Below, piece after piece: positions 10,039 through 24,666 of a DNA stretch of 64,000 nucleotides. The notes under the pieces were generated by a model that was not told where the DNA came from, searched no databases, and saw only the letters and a program-made list of their open reading frames with translations. Origin of the DNA: Candidatus Eiseniibacteriota bacterium (GTDB lineage: Bacteria; Eisenbacteria; RBG-16-71-46; CAVPCR01); the NCBI GenBank assembly GCA_963702435.1, contig CAVPCR010000005.1, positions 160,001 to 224,000 on the forward strand, read 5' to 3'. The translations under genes and the position numbers were made by a program. The number at the start of each line of letters is the position of its first letter. Positions within the stretch are counted from its first letter, which is position 1.

Positions 10039-11373
10039 GGCGCGACCGCTCCGCGCTGCGCCGGCCCGGGCGAGCAGCCAGCGCCGCTTCTCGAGGATGC
10101 GCTCGACGTCCGCGTCGAGGAGCGCGAGCGCCGAGTCGGCCGCGACGGCGCCGCGCGACCGCCATCTCGGACCGCTCCTGCACGCGGATCGCGATCTGCT
10201 CCCACTCGGGGATCTTCGGCGTCGCCACGACGCGGCGGAGCTGTCGCCGGAAGGCGCGGATGTTCGGGTCGCGCGGCGAGGGAGGAGTCCTCCCAGGCCT
10301 GCGACCGCGCCGGCAGGTCGCCGGTCAGCGCGTAGAAGCGGAGCTGCTGTCCGGGCGCGGACAGGAACTCGATGAACTTCCACGCCGCCTCCGGGTGCGG
10401 CGAGCTCGCGAAGAGGACGAGGCTCGAGCCGCCGGCGAGCGAGACGCCCGGATGCGCCGCGTCGGGCCCGGGAAGGGCGCCGTCGCCCACGCGTCCTGCA
10501 GTCTCGGGCGGCAGCCGCCGCCGGAACTCGCCGAGGTTCCACGGGCCGGTGATGTACATGGCGAAGTAGCCGCGCGCGAACTCCTGGTACATGTTCGCGA
10601 TCTCGTTGTTGCCGACCGGCGGGGCGAGCCCGTCCCGGAAGAGTCCAGGTAGAAGTCGAAGGCGCGGCGGAACGCGGGCTCGCTGAAGGCCCCGCGACGT
10701 CGCACTCGTCCGCCAGGAGCGGCGAGCCGGCCTGGAGCCCGAGGATCACCGGCTGCGCACCACTCGTTGAGCGGCAGGAAGATGGCATACCGATCGGCGC
10801 CGACCTGGCGCTTGACCGCCTCCATCGCCGCCCGCCACGCGGGCCAGGTCGGCCGGCATCGCAGTCGATAGCCGGCCGCGGCCAGGATGTCCTTGCGGTA
10901 GAAGAGCAGGCGCGTGTCCACGTACCACGGGATGCCGTACGGCGACGCCGTCGACCACGTTCGTGCTCCAGATGCCCGGAGAAGAAGTGCGTCGGGCCGC
11001 ACGGCCGCCGACCGCCTCGATCCACGGCGTCGAGCGGGGCGAGGGCGCGGAGCGCGACGAACTCGGCGAATCCAGGTGTTCCCGAGCTGCGCGAGGTCGG
11101 GCGTCGAGCGGCCGACGAAGGCGGTCAGGAGCTTCTCGTGCGCGGCCGACCACGGGACCTGCTGCACCTCGACCCGGATCCCCGGATGCGCGCGCTCGAA
11201 CTCCGGGACCAGCTCCTGGCCACCACCTCACCCTCGCGCCCCATGCCCCCAGAAGCGGAGCACCGTCTCGCCGATCCTCGCCCGCGCGCCGGCAGCCGGC
11301 GAGGAGGAGGATGAGGGCGAGCAGGAGGACGCGCGGCGGCGACCGCCGAGCGTGGCGCGCGGCTCCGCTCGAT
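10035..11373 (-). CDS. Sugar ABC transporter substrate-binding lipoprotein, frameshifted
   Basis: Lipobox LLLAGC; QQVPWSAAHEKLLTAFVG, YGIPWYVDTRLLFYRKDIL, FAMYITGPWN, SLAGGSSLV, TPKIPEWEQIA and ILEKRRWLL in successive frames. Confidence 0.85.
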
Positions 11374-12841
11374 CGTCCCGCCTTGCCCGCCTTCGGCGCG
11401 TCGAGCCAGCCGCCGCTGAAACCGGCCGCCTGAGACCGCGGACCACATGCGGGTTCTTCCGCATGGTCCGCCAGACGAGCCCGCTCCGGTAGTTCTCGAC
11501 CATGGCCAGGATCGGCCCCTGGTCGATGCCCAGGTAGTCGGTGTCGAACCAGCCCGCGCGCCGGATCGACCCGGCCGTGCTGCACCGGGACCGTCGAGCG
11601 TGAAGGTCGGATTGAACGCGTCGAGGAAGCCGTACGGTCGAGAAGACGTTCTCGCCGTACCGCTCGCGCATCGAGAGGAGTGTCGGCACCACGAGCTCGG
11701 GGGCGAAGGCGATCGAGCCGCCCGCGGCCGGACGGCGACAAGGTGCCGTCGTCCTGGACCTCGGTGAACGAGGCGCCGCGCGCCCAGTAGGTGTGGAACT
11801 CGGCGCTTCCGGCCGTCGATCTCGACCTCGCGATCGACCGGCCGTCGCAGGCGGTGAGCCCCCAGATGCTCCGGTCCGTAGCCGGCCCAGCCGGCCGGAT
11901 TGGCCACCGCGTAGGCGTGCTGCGCGAGGACGGCGCGGCGCGAGTTCTCGAAGTAGTCGATCCCGCGCTCGCGCATCGCTGCGTCCTGGATGCCGCGGAG
12001 ATCGATCCACACGTGCGTGTACTGGTGCCCGAAGAGCGGAGCGAACCCGACGTGCTCCTGGCCCTGGAAGCTCGCCCCAGCGGTACCCGCTCGGTCCCAC
12101 GCCGACCACGCCACGGCGAGCGACCGGATGGGTCGGCGAGCCGAGCGCCAGGAGGTAGAGAAGCATCGCCTCGTTGTAGCCGCGCCAGTCGTAGGGGAGG
12201 AAACCGCCCTCCGGAGTCCAGCCGTGGCCGATCGTGGGCGGCCGCACCTGCGCCCACTGCCAGTCGACGCGCGCGTAGAGCGAGTCGGCAACGGCCGCGG
12301 ATCCGGACCTCGTCGCCGGCCATCCTGGTCGAAGTAGCGACTGGCAGAAGAGCACGCCGGCCAGCAGGAGCGCCGTGTCCATGGTCGAGAGCTCGACGTC
12401 CTCGAAGCGGGCTCCCGTCTCCGGGTCGAGGAAGTGGTAGAAGAACCCGCGGTACCCGCTCGCGCCGGCGCGCGCCGTGTCCTGCCGCGCGGCGGCGAGG
12501 AAACGAAGCGTCGACAGCACGCGGGTCGCGCGCCTCCTCGCGCGAGATGTAGCCGCGCTCGACGCCGATCGGATAGGCGGTGAGCGCGAAGCCGGTGGCG
12601 CCGACGCTGGCGAAGGAGCGGGTCGGCGCAGCGATCCGGGGCGAGGCCGGTCTGCGGGTCGGCAAGATCCCAGAAGTAAGCGGAAGGTGCGCTCCTCGAG
12701 CGTGTCGAGGAAGGCGCTCTCGTGGGCGGCGAGCGCCGGCAGCGCGGAGGTGGAGCGGGTGTCCGGCGTCTCGCGCTGGCAGGAAGAAAGGAGCACCCCG
12801 CACACACAGGATGCCGCGATCAGGATCGCCCTTCCCCGCAT
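11369..12841 (-). CDS. Glycoamylase-domain (GH144-like, putative beta-1,2-glucanase) lipoprotein, frameshifted
   Basis: Lipobox VLLSSC; motifs GFFYHFLD, ELSTMDTALLLAG, WRGYNEAMLLY, PLFGHQY, YFENSRRA, YGFLDAFN and DYLGIDQGPILAMVENYRSG spread over three frames. Confidence 0.82.
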
Positions 12842-12980
12842 CACCTGGGCCCTCCCCGCCGCCGGTGGCCTTGCACTGCCGTGGCCGAGAGCAACGCACC
12901 GGACTGCCGCAGGAGAAGCTAGCACACGCCCCCGGGCACGGGAAGTCCGGGCGGGTGCATCCGGGCAACCAGGGCGAACG

Positions 12981-14954
12981 CTAGGGCCCGCGGGGCGCGC
13001 CGCGCGCGGTCATCGCGGTCTCGACTTCATGCAGGAGCCGGCGCAGGCTCTCCCGCTCACCGCGCCGATAGGGCGGCACTTCGGCGAGAGCGATCGCGAA
13101 GCACCGCCGCGCCGGGTCGAGGTCTCCGAGCGCGTAGAGCGCCGATCCGAGGTTCGCGTAGAGCTCGCGATGCGCGCCGCCGCTCGCGCGGAGACCCGCC
13201 GCCGAGTAGGACGCGAGACCGCGCCAGTCGCCGCCCAGGTAATGAAAGACGCCGAGCGCATAGTCCTCGACCGGATAGGACTGCCGGTGGACGAACCCGT
13301 CGAGCCAGCGCTCGAGACGCCCGCGGCGCGGCGGCCCGAGCCCGGGCACGGTGGCGAGATCGAGCGGGAGCGGAACCCCGGCGTCCAGGCGCCGCGCGCT
13401 CTCGTCGATCGCATCCTCGGCTGCTCGATCGGCGAGGACGAAGACCGCGGCGAGGTGATCGTAGTAGGCGAGTCGCCATCGCCGGTCGGCAAGGAGCATG
13501 CCCAGCAATTCGGGTCGGTCGCGATAGGGAAAGACGGCCCACCCCGCCCCGTGGCGGCGGGCCGTGGCCGTGAACGCGTCCGGCGAGCGCAGGGATTCCA
13601 TCCACACGCCGTAGAATTCCTCGCCCATCACCTCGAGGCGGCCGTCGATGAAGACCGGACGCGCGAGCGCATAGCCGAGATGACCGCCGAAGTTCAGGTC
13701 ATTGAACATGCGGCCGGGAAGCCGCGCGCGGCACGCGTAGGCGGCCGCGTCGACCGGCAGGAGGTAGCGGTTCCAGCCGAACCCGAAACGCTCGAGCCGC
13801 CCGCGTCCGACGTAGTACGCGTCGTTCACGACGCGGAGCCCGAAGAGGACCGCGGCGAGCGCGATCGCGGCGAGGACGGCGCGTTCGCCGCGCCGCGCTG
13901 CGCGCGTGCCGAGACCCGCCCGCCGGAGGAGCGCGCCGAGCGGAAGCGCCCACGCGGTGCCCGGCACGCAGGCGATCGCGAGGAGCGGCGCGTTCCGGAC
14001 CATGCTCAGAGCGAGGGCAGTGAACGCGATCGCAAGGAGGACGTGGGCCGGACGGCGAGCCTTCCAGAGCGGAACGAGCGAGAAGAGGACGAGCGCGATG
14101 AAGGCGAAGAGGCTCACGATCGGCACGAGGTAGAGCCCCAGGTTCTCTCCGCCGAGTGTGGCGAAGGGCGATTCGTATTCACCGATCGTCTCGTGGAACA
14201 GGTGCCCGCTCGCAAGCCGCGTGGCGAGGACGAGCGCCATCGCGACGCCGCGCGCACCGAAGGGGTTCACGAACACGGCGGCGGCGGCCGCGGCGCTCGC
14301 GGCGAGGAGCCGCCGGTCGAGACGGCGATCCCGGATCCATGCCCCGATGTTGAAGCAGCAGAGCGCCACGAACCCGACCACGAAGAGACTATGGATGTTG
14401 CTCCAGAGCGCGAAGAGAACAGGCAGCGCCCAGAGCGGCGCAGGGCCCTTCTCGGCGTGACGCGTGAGGATGTGGAGCGTCGCGGCGAGGAGGACATACG
14501 AGCCGAGCTCCGGGCGCACCTCGAAGCGCTCCTCGGAGAGAAGCACGCCGAGGAAAACGAGGAACGCGAGGCTCGCCGCGTTGCAGGGGGCGAGACGCGC
14601 AGTTCGCGCGACGATCGCGAAGGCGGCGACGGCAAGGAAGAGATGAAGGATGATCATCCCGGCTGTGCCGCCCGCGGACGCGGCGAGGGCAAGGACCACG
14701 TCATAGCCCCAGCTCGTGTTCACGTCGCGATGGTCGGTCACCGTGTGGGTAAGCGTGTCGAAGCGCGGGATCTCGCGGCTCGCAAGGATGACGTACCCGC
14801 GCGCGAGATGGAATCCCGCATCGGGGCTCCCGACCTGGCGGAGCGAGAGAAGCGCTAGAACGAGGAAGACGAGGAGGAGCGAGAGCGACCCGCCACGACG
14901 CGTCGGGGCGGGCGCCGGAGAGTCGATGGAATCGGCGGCGGAGAACGCGAACAT
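12981..14954 (-). CDS. Polytopic membrane protein with a C-terminal TPR-like tail; possibly GT-C-fold glycosyltransferase-like (start uncertain)
   Basis: About 11-12 hydrophobic segments; DAGFHLARGYVI after the first TM; RPEL, LWSNIHS, FVNPFG, VFIDGRLEV; C-terminal YANLGSALYALGDLDPARRCF. Confidence 0.65.
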   Translation of the reverse strand: MFAFSAADSIDSPAPAPTRRGGSLSLLLVFLVLALLSLRQVGSPDAGFHLARGYVILASREIPRFDTLTHTVTDHRDVNTSWGYDVVLALAASAGGTAGMIILHLFLAVAAFAIVARTARLAPCNAASLAFLVFLGVLLSEERFEVRPELGSYVLLAATLHILTRHAEKGPAPLWALPVLFALWSNIHSLFVVGFVALCCFNIGAWIRDRRLDRRLLAASAAAAAAVFVNPFGARGVAMALVLATRLASGHLFHETIGEYESPFATLGGENLGLYLVPIVSLFAFIALVLFSLVPLWKARRPAHVLLAIAFTALALSMVRNAPLLAIACVPGTAWALPLGALLRRAGLGTRAARRGERAVLAAIALAAVLFGLRVVNDAYYVGRGRLERFGFGWNRYLLPVDAAAYACRARLPGRMFNDLNFGGHLGYALARPVFIDGRLEVMGEEFYGVWMESLRSPDAFTATARRHGAGWAVFPYRDRPELLGMLLADRRWRLAYYDHLAAVFVLADRAAEDAIDESARRLDAGVPLPLDLATVPGLGPPRRGRLERWLDGFVHRQSYPVEDYALGVFHYLGGDWRGLASYSAAGLRASGGAHRELYANLGSALYALGDLDPARRCFAIALAEVPPYRRGERESLRRLLHEVETAMTARGAPRGP

Positions 14955-15035
14955 CACCGAGTATACTGCCACAGGCGACCCGCAACCCCCGATTATTCTT
15001 GACCAACGAGTCCCTTCTGTTCTATCGATTGTGGG

Positions 15036-15488
15036 GTGAGTCACGGCATCTCACGCGCCGCGCAGTACGCGGTGCGCACCCTCGTCCACCTCGCGCTCGA
15101 GCGTGATGCAGCGGCCTCCCCGGTCAGGGACATCGCGGAGGCCGAGGGGATTCCGCCGCACTTCCTGGCCAAGCTCGTCGGGAAGCTGGCGCGGGCCGGC
15201 CTCGTCGATGCGTTCAAAGGCCCCGGGGGAGGCATCCGCCTGGCCAAGCCCCCGACCCGGATCAAGCTCATGCAGGTGATCGAGGCCGTGGACGGCCCCG
15301 CATTCCTGTCCGCGTGCTTTCTCGGACTTCGCTCGTGCTCGGACGAACAGCCCTGCGCCATGCATGAGAACTGGAAGGCGCTGCGCACGCGGCTGGCCGC
15401 CGACTTCGATCGGATCACGATCGCCGAGCTCGCCGCGTCGGCGCGACGAAACCCGCCGGCCGCGGGCGGATCCGGCGCGGCGCGGTAG
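15036..15488 (+). CDS. Rrf2 family transcriptional regulator, probably Fe-S binding
   Basis: [44 protein letters not shown]; Cys cluster C-x6-C-x5-C-xx-H. Confidence 0.93.
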   Translation: MSHGISRAAQYAVRTLVHLALERDAAASPVRDIAEAEGIPPHFLAKLVGKLARAGLVDAFKGPGGGIRLAKPPTRIKLMQVIEAVDGPAFLSACFLGLRSCSDEQPCAMHENWKALRTRLAADFDRITIAELAASARRNPPAAGGSGAAR

Positions 15489-15582
15489 AGCCCACGTTCC
15501 GGTTGCCGCCGCGCCCCCGAGGTCCTACCATCGACCCCTTGCCCACCACGACCCCGTTCACCCTGTTCGACTTCACTCTACG

Positions 15583-21195
<5,613 letters not shown>

Positions 21196-21291
21196 GGCGG
21201 CGGCGAAAACGGCAGCGCGGTGCCGCTTGCCGGGCGGGCGTCGATCGCGTAGCATCACCGGTCCCCGATCCCGCGCCGCGAGGAGCAACCC

Positions 21292-22461
21292 GTGGATTTC
21301 GACTTCGCGCCCGAACAGGAGCTCTTCCGCAAGACCCTCCGGCAGTTCGCCGAGGAGGAGATTCGCCCCCACGTCCGCGAGTGGGATGAGCACCAGCACT
21401 TCCCGCGCGACGTGTTCAAGAAGCTCGGCGACCTCGGGATCATGGGCATCATCTTTCCCGAGGACTACGGCGGTTCCGGCCTCGGATACATCGACTACGT
21501 GCTCGCGGTCGAGGAGCTGTCGCGAGTGGACGGTTCGGTCGGGATCACGGTCGCGGCGCACAACTCGCTGTGCACGAACGCCATCTTCGAGGCGGGCACC
21601 GAGGAACAGAAGCGCCGCTACATCCCGAAGCTCGCGAGCGGCGAGTGGATCGGCTCGTGGAGCCTGACCGAGCCGACCGCGGGCTCCGATTCCGGCGGCA
21701 CCAAGACCGTGGCGCGCCGGGACGGGGACACCTACATCCTGAACGGCTCGAAGACCTTCGCCACGCAGGGCACGCAGTGCGACGTGGCCGTCGTCTACGC
21801 CACGATCGATCCCAAGCTCGGGAAGAAGGGCATCACCGCCTTCATCATCGAGAAGGGCACGCCCGGCTTCCGGGCGGGGAAGAAGGAGGACAAGCTCGGG
21901 CTGCGCGCCTCCGACACCGCCGAGCTCGTCATGCAGGACTGCGTGGTGCCGGCTGCCAATCGCCTCGGCGCAGAGGGCGAGGGCTTCCACGACGCGATGA
22001 AGATCCTCGACGGCGGGCGCATCTCGATCGCCGCGCTCGCGCTCGGCATGGCCGAAGGCGCCTTCGCGGCGGCGCTCGCCTACTCGAAGGAGCGCGAGCA
22101 GTTCGGGCAGCCGATCGCCCAGTTCCAGGCCATCCAGAACATGCTGGCCGACATGGCCAAGGAGATCGACGCCGCCCGTCTCCTCACCTACCACGCGGCG
22201 TGGATGAAGGATCGCGGCATGCGCGTGACGCGGCACTCGGCGATGGCCAAGCTCTACGCGTCCGAAGTGGGCGTGCGGGCAACCAACGATGCGATCCAGA
22301 TCTTCGGCGGCTACGGTTACACCAAGGACTTCCCGGTCGAGAAGTTCTACCGCGACATGAAGCTGTGCACGATCGGCGAGGGCACGTCGGAGATCCAGCG
22401 CCTGGTGATCGCGCGCGAGCTATTGAAGGAGTCGGCGGCGGCGGGAGCCGGAGCGCGGTAG
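21292..22461 (+). CDS. Acyl-CoA dehydrogenase (short/branched-chain type)
   Basis: [54 protein letters not shown] before the GTG start. Confidence 0.95.
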   Translation: MDFDFAPEQELFRKTLRQFAEEEIRPHVREWDEHQHFPRDVFKKLGDLGIMGIIFPEDYGGSGLGYIDYVLAVEELSRVDGSVGITVAAHNSLCTNAIFEAGTEEQKRRYIPKLASGEWIGSWSLTEPTAGSDSGGTKTVARRDGDTYILNGSKTFATQGTQCDVAVVYATIDPKLGKKGITAFIIEKGTPGFRAGKKEDKLGLRASDTAELVMQDCVVPAANRLGAEGEGFHDAMKILDGGRISIAALALGMAEGAFAAALAYSKEREQFGQPIAQFQAIQNMLADMAKEIDAARLLTYHAAWMKDRGMRVTRHSAMAKLYASEVGVRATNDAIQIFGGYGYTKDFPVEKFYRDMKLCTIGEGTSEIQRLVIARELLKESAAAGAGAR

Positions 22462-24034
22462 GGCGGCGTTCGCGATCCCGCGGGATCGTGCGGGCGCCGG
22501 CGCGGGCGAACGCGAACGCACGGGTCGAGGGGGCGAACGCACGGGTCGAGGGGGCGAACGCACGGGTCGAGGGGGCGTTCCGAGTCGCGCGGGGGGAGCG
22601 GGCGCCGGCCGGCTCAAACAGTCCTCGCCCGCCCGCGAGCCTCAGTCCCGGACTACCACGTCCGGCGGTGTGGGCGGGCTGCGGAACTCGCCGGCCTTCG
22701 CGCCCGCTCCCCCCACGCTCCGCGACCGGTCCCATGGATGCACCCGCTCGACGATCCCGCGGGATCGCCACATAGGGCACGTGCTCTTCCCGCACTTCCC
22801 AGGCGCCACGCCCCCACGTCGATCGTCGCTCGTCGGCTGGGGTTTCGGCGTAGGCGCGGTCGAAGTCGTCCTCGGTCGGGTCGTCGGCATCGGCGAAGGC
22901 GGCCTTCTCGGCGGCCCACTTCTGCTGCCACCACCAGAGCATGTCCGCCGTCACCTCGCCGGTGTCTCCCAGGGTCCAGCCGGCGCGGGCCGTGAACACC
23001 AGGTCGCCGGAGGCGTCGTGGTTGATCACGAGCTTCCCCTCGTGCGCCTGCCGGTGATGCCACCAGCAGAGATAGATCAGGTTCTTCACCTGGTGCCGGC
23101 CGCCCTCCGCCCACGGCTTCAGGTGATGCAGATCCAGCCACAGCCGCCGCTTGCATCCCGGCACCCGGCAGCACCGCCCATCCCTGACCCCCACCGCCCG
23201 CCGCGTCACCTCGCTCACCGTGCGCGTCCCCCGACTCAGCATCTCCTCGCGCTGCAGGCGGAGCGTGCAGTCACAGAGGAGCCGCGAGAGGACTTCGGGC
23301 TTGAGCGGTGCCGCCCCGTGGGAGCTCTCCGTCCACGCCGTGCCATCCTCATCGAGGTGGACGACCACCGTGTACCGCTCCGCTGTCTTCACCTCGCCGG
23401 CGGGTCCGGAGAGGAAGTCGGCCGCCAGGAAGACGAGCGACTCGGCGGAGGAGAGCGTTGCTCCGGCCTGGCGGCGGACTTCGTCGAGCGCCCGCGTCAC
23501 GAGCTCCATCTCCTCCGCCGGCAGATCCACCACCATCCGCGTGGTCGCCGCGTTCAAGGCGCTCGTCATCAGCCGCCGCGCCGGCGGCGCGCCCTTCTTG
23601 CTCCGCGCCACCTGGGTCTCCAGCTCCTCCGCGGTCAGCTTGAGTGCCCGCTCCAGCCACGCCGCTTCGGTCTCCGGCGTCACCACCCGCACCAATGTGC
23701 GCACCTTGGCGTAGGAGAGCTGGCCCGTAGCGAACGCCTGATCGATGAGGGGGAGTTCGGCGAGCGCCTGCGCCACCCGGATCCGCTGGCGCGCGGCGAT
23801 GCGGCTCACCCCGCAGATGAGCTCGAGGTAGTGGGCCATGGTCGGGCAGCCGTACTCCTCGTAGCCCTCGCACTCCTCCATGCGGCGGATGAGGAGGGTG
23901 AGCCGGTGGAGATTCCAGTTCGCGAAGGCCGCGTTTCTGAGGAACTCGGCATGGAGGGCGGCGGGGGTGGACTCCCGGCCGGGGTCGGCGCCCGGCTCGG
24001 CCATCGGGTCGGCGGCGGCGGCGCTGGCGGTCAT
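22184..24034 (-). CDS. DUF222 (13E12-repeat-like) domain HNH endonuclease; the tail beyond ~aa 420 reads through a repeat module
   Basis: AAGGAG before ATG 24034; DUF222-like [27 protein letters not shown]...[12 protein letters not shown]/zinc motif [11 protein letters not shown]...[13 protein letters not shown]...[16 protein letters not shown]. Confidence 0.88.
   Translation of the reverse strand: MTASAAAADPMAEPGADPGRESTPAALHAEFLRNAAFANWNLHRLTLLIRRMEECEGYEEYGCPTMAHYLELICGVSRIAARQRIRVAQALAELPLIDQAFATGQLSYAKVRTLVRVVTPETEAAWLERALKLTAEELETQVARSKKGAPPARRLMTSALNAATTRMVVDLPAEEMELVTRALDEVRRQAGATLSSAESLVFLAADFLSGPAGEVKTAERYTVVVHLDEDGTAWTESSHGAAPLKPEVLSRLLCDCTLRLQREEMLSRGTRTVSEVTRRAVGVRDGRCCRVPGCKRRLWLDLHHLKPWAEGGRHQVKNLIYLCWWHHRQAHEGKLVINHDASGDLVFTARAGWTLGDTGEVTADMLWWWQQKWAAEKAAFADADDPTEDDFDRAYAETPADERRSTWGRGAWEVREEHVPYVAIPRDRRAGASMGPVAERGGSGREGRRVPQPAHTAGRGSPGLRLAGGRGLFEPAGARSPRATRNAPSTRAFAPSTRAFAPSTRAFAFARAGARTIPRDRERRPTALRLPPPPTPSIARARSPGAGSPTCPRRSCTASCRGRTSRPGSPWCNRSRRRSGSHRWLPARPLRTRRAWPSPSAASRACRDPSSTPRGR
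22473..22488. repeat. 16-bp palindrome CGATCCCGCGGGATCG, copy 1
   Basis: Read directly; perfect copies also at 22752 and 24145, and a 1-mismatch copy at 24476. Confidence 0.95.
22512..22574 (+). repeat. 21-bp tandem repeat x3 (GCGAACGCACGGGTCGAGGGG)
   Basis: Three exact consecutive units. Confidence 0.95.
22752..22767. repeat. 16-bp palindrome, copy 2
   Basis: Exact CGATCCCGCGGGATCG. Confidence 0.95.
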
Positions 24035-24088
24035 GGCGAACTCCTTGGTGGAAAAGCCGTTAGGTGGTTCGAGGTCGCCTGTCGCCAG

Positions 24089-24116
24089 AGACTATATGAA
24101 TGTATAGTTAAGTCAA
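24089..24116 (-). promoter_or_regulatory. Sigma70-type promoter of the HNH gene with a palindromic operator ACTATA-N6-TATAGT (24091-24108)
   Basis: Minus strand TTGACT-16 nt-TAGTCT in an AT-rich patch, 55 nt upstream of the ATG; the inverted repeat overlaps the spacer and the -10. Confidence 0.7.
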
Positions 24117-24144
24117 GGAGTTTTTTCAGGGCGGGGAGCTCAGG

Positions 24145-24160
24145 CGATCCCGCGGGATCG
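24145..24160. repeat. 16-bp palindrome, copy 3
   Basis: Exact; the 20-mer GCGATCCCGCGGGATCGTGC at 24144-24163 is identical to 22472-22491. Confidence 0.95.
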
Positions 24161-24300
24161 TGCCTGCCGGGGGTGGGTACGCGCAGCGCGTGAGGCGGAC
24201 GGGCGCAGAGGCCGGCGACTTCTGCAGCCCGCCCTCAGTGCTGGGAGTGGCGAATCTCCGACGCAGGTCGCGGGCGGGCGAAGACCGGAGCCGGCCGGCG

Positions 24301-24445
24301 CCCGCCGCCGAGCGCGACCCCGCCGCCGAGCGCGACCCCGCCGCCGAGCGCGACCCCGCCGCCGAGCGCGACCGCGCCGCCGAGGCGCGACCCCGCCGCC
24401 GGGTGCGACCGCGCCCCCAGGCGCGACCCCGCCCCCAGGCGCGCC
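24301..24445 (+). repeat. 18-bp tandem repeat (CCCGCCGCCGAGCGCGAC): 4 exact and ~4 degenerate units
   Basis: Read directly; units decay toward the 3' end. Confidence 0.9.
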
Positions 24446-24475
24446 GCCTCCGCTCGGGGGCGCTCCGCCCCCGGG

Positions 24476-24491
24476 CGATCCCGCGGGAGCG
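24476..24491. repeat. 16-bp palindrome, copy 4 (one mismatch)
   Basis: CGATCCCGCGGGAGCG. Confidence 0.85.
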
Positions 24492-24513
24492 TTGTCACGC
24501 CGCCTTCAATCCA

Positions 24514-24666
24514 GATTGGACGAGCCAATCTTCGTGCGCGCGACGCGGCCATCTCGCGCCGATCTCCTGGTTCCCACGCCAAGAACTCGCTTGACGCCCC
24601 GCCCACCGCCGCCGACAATCTCCATGCAGCGAAGCCCCAGCCAATCGATCATTGGACCATCCAATG
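24514..24666 (+). promoter_or_regulatory. pdxR promoter (TTGACG-17-GACAAT, 24591-24619) with two ATTGG-N5-CCAAT palindromes, candidate PdxR operators
   Basis: GATTGG-acgag-CCAATC at 24514-24530 and CATTGG-accat-CCAATG at 24650-24666 (overlapping the ATG); an extra CCAAT half-site at 24641. Confidence 0.65.

Larger units (their letters stand above)
22462..24504. mobile_element. Putative DUF222-HNH cassette bounded by long imperfect inverted modules
   Basis: 22462-22769 and 24143-24504 are diverged inverted copies with colinear exact blocks; the cassette fills the gap between the acyl-CoA dehydrogenase stop and the pdxR upstream region. Confidence 0.6.

Noticed and set aside
14990..15025. IscR-type operator upstream of the Rrf2 gene
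   Set aside because: Only a GAC-N6-GTC core with a TTGACC hexamer; symmetry and spacing are too weak to call.
15556..15568. GTTC direct repeat upstream of uvrA as a LexA box
   Set aside because: Spacing is N5 rather than the N7 of the alphaproteobacterial box, and it does not match the HNH promoter palindrome.
24160..24618. ORFs 24160..24594 (+) and 24235..24618 (-)
   Set aside because: Low-complexity translations of the 18-bp repeat within the right module; no RBS or protein-like composition.
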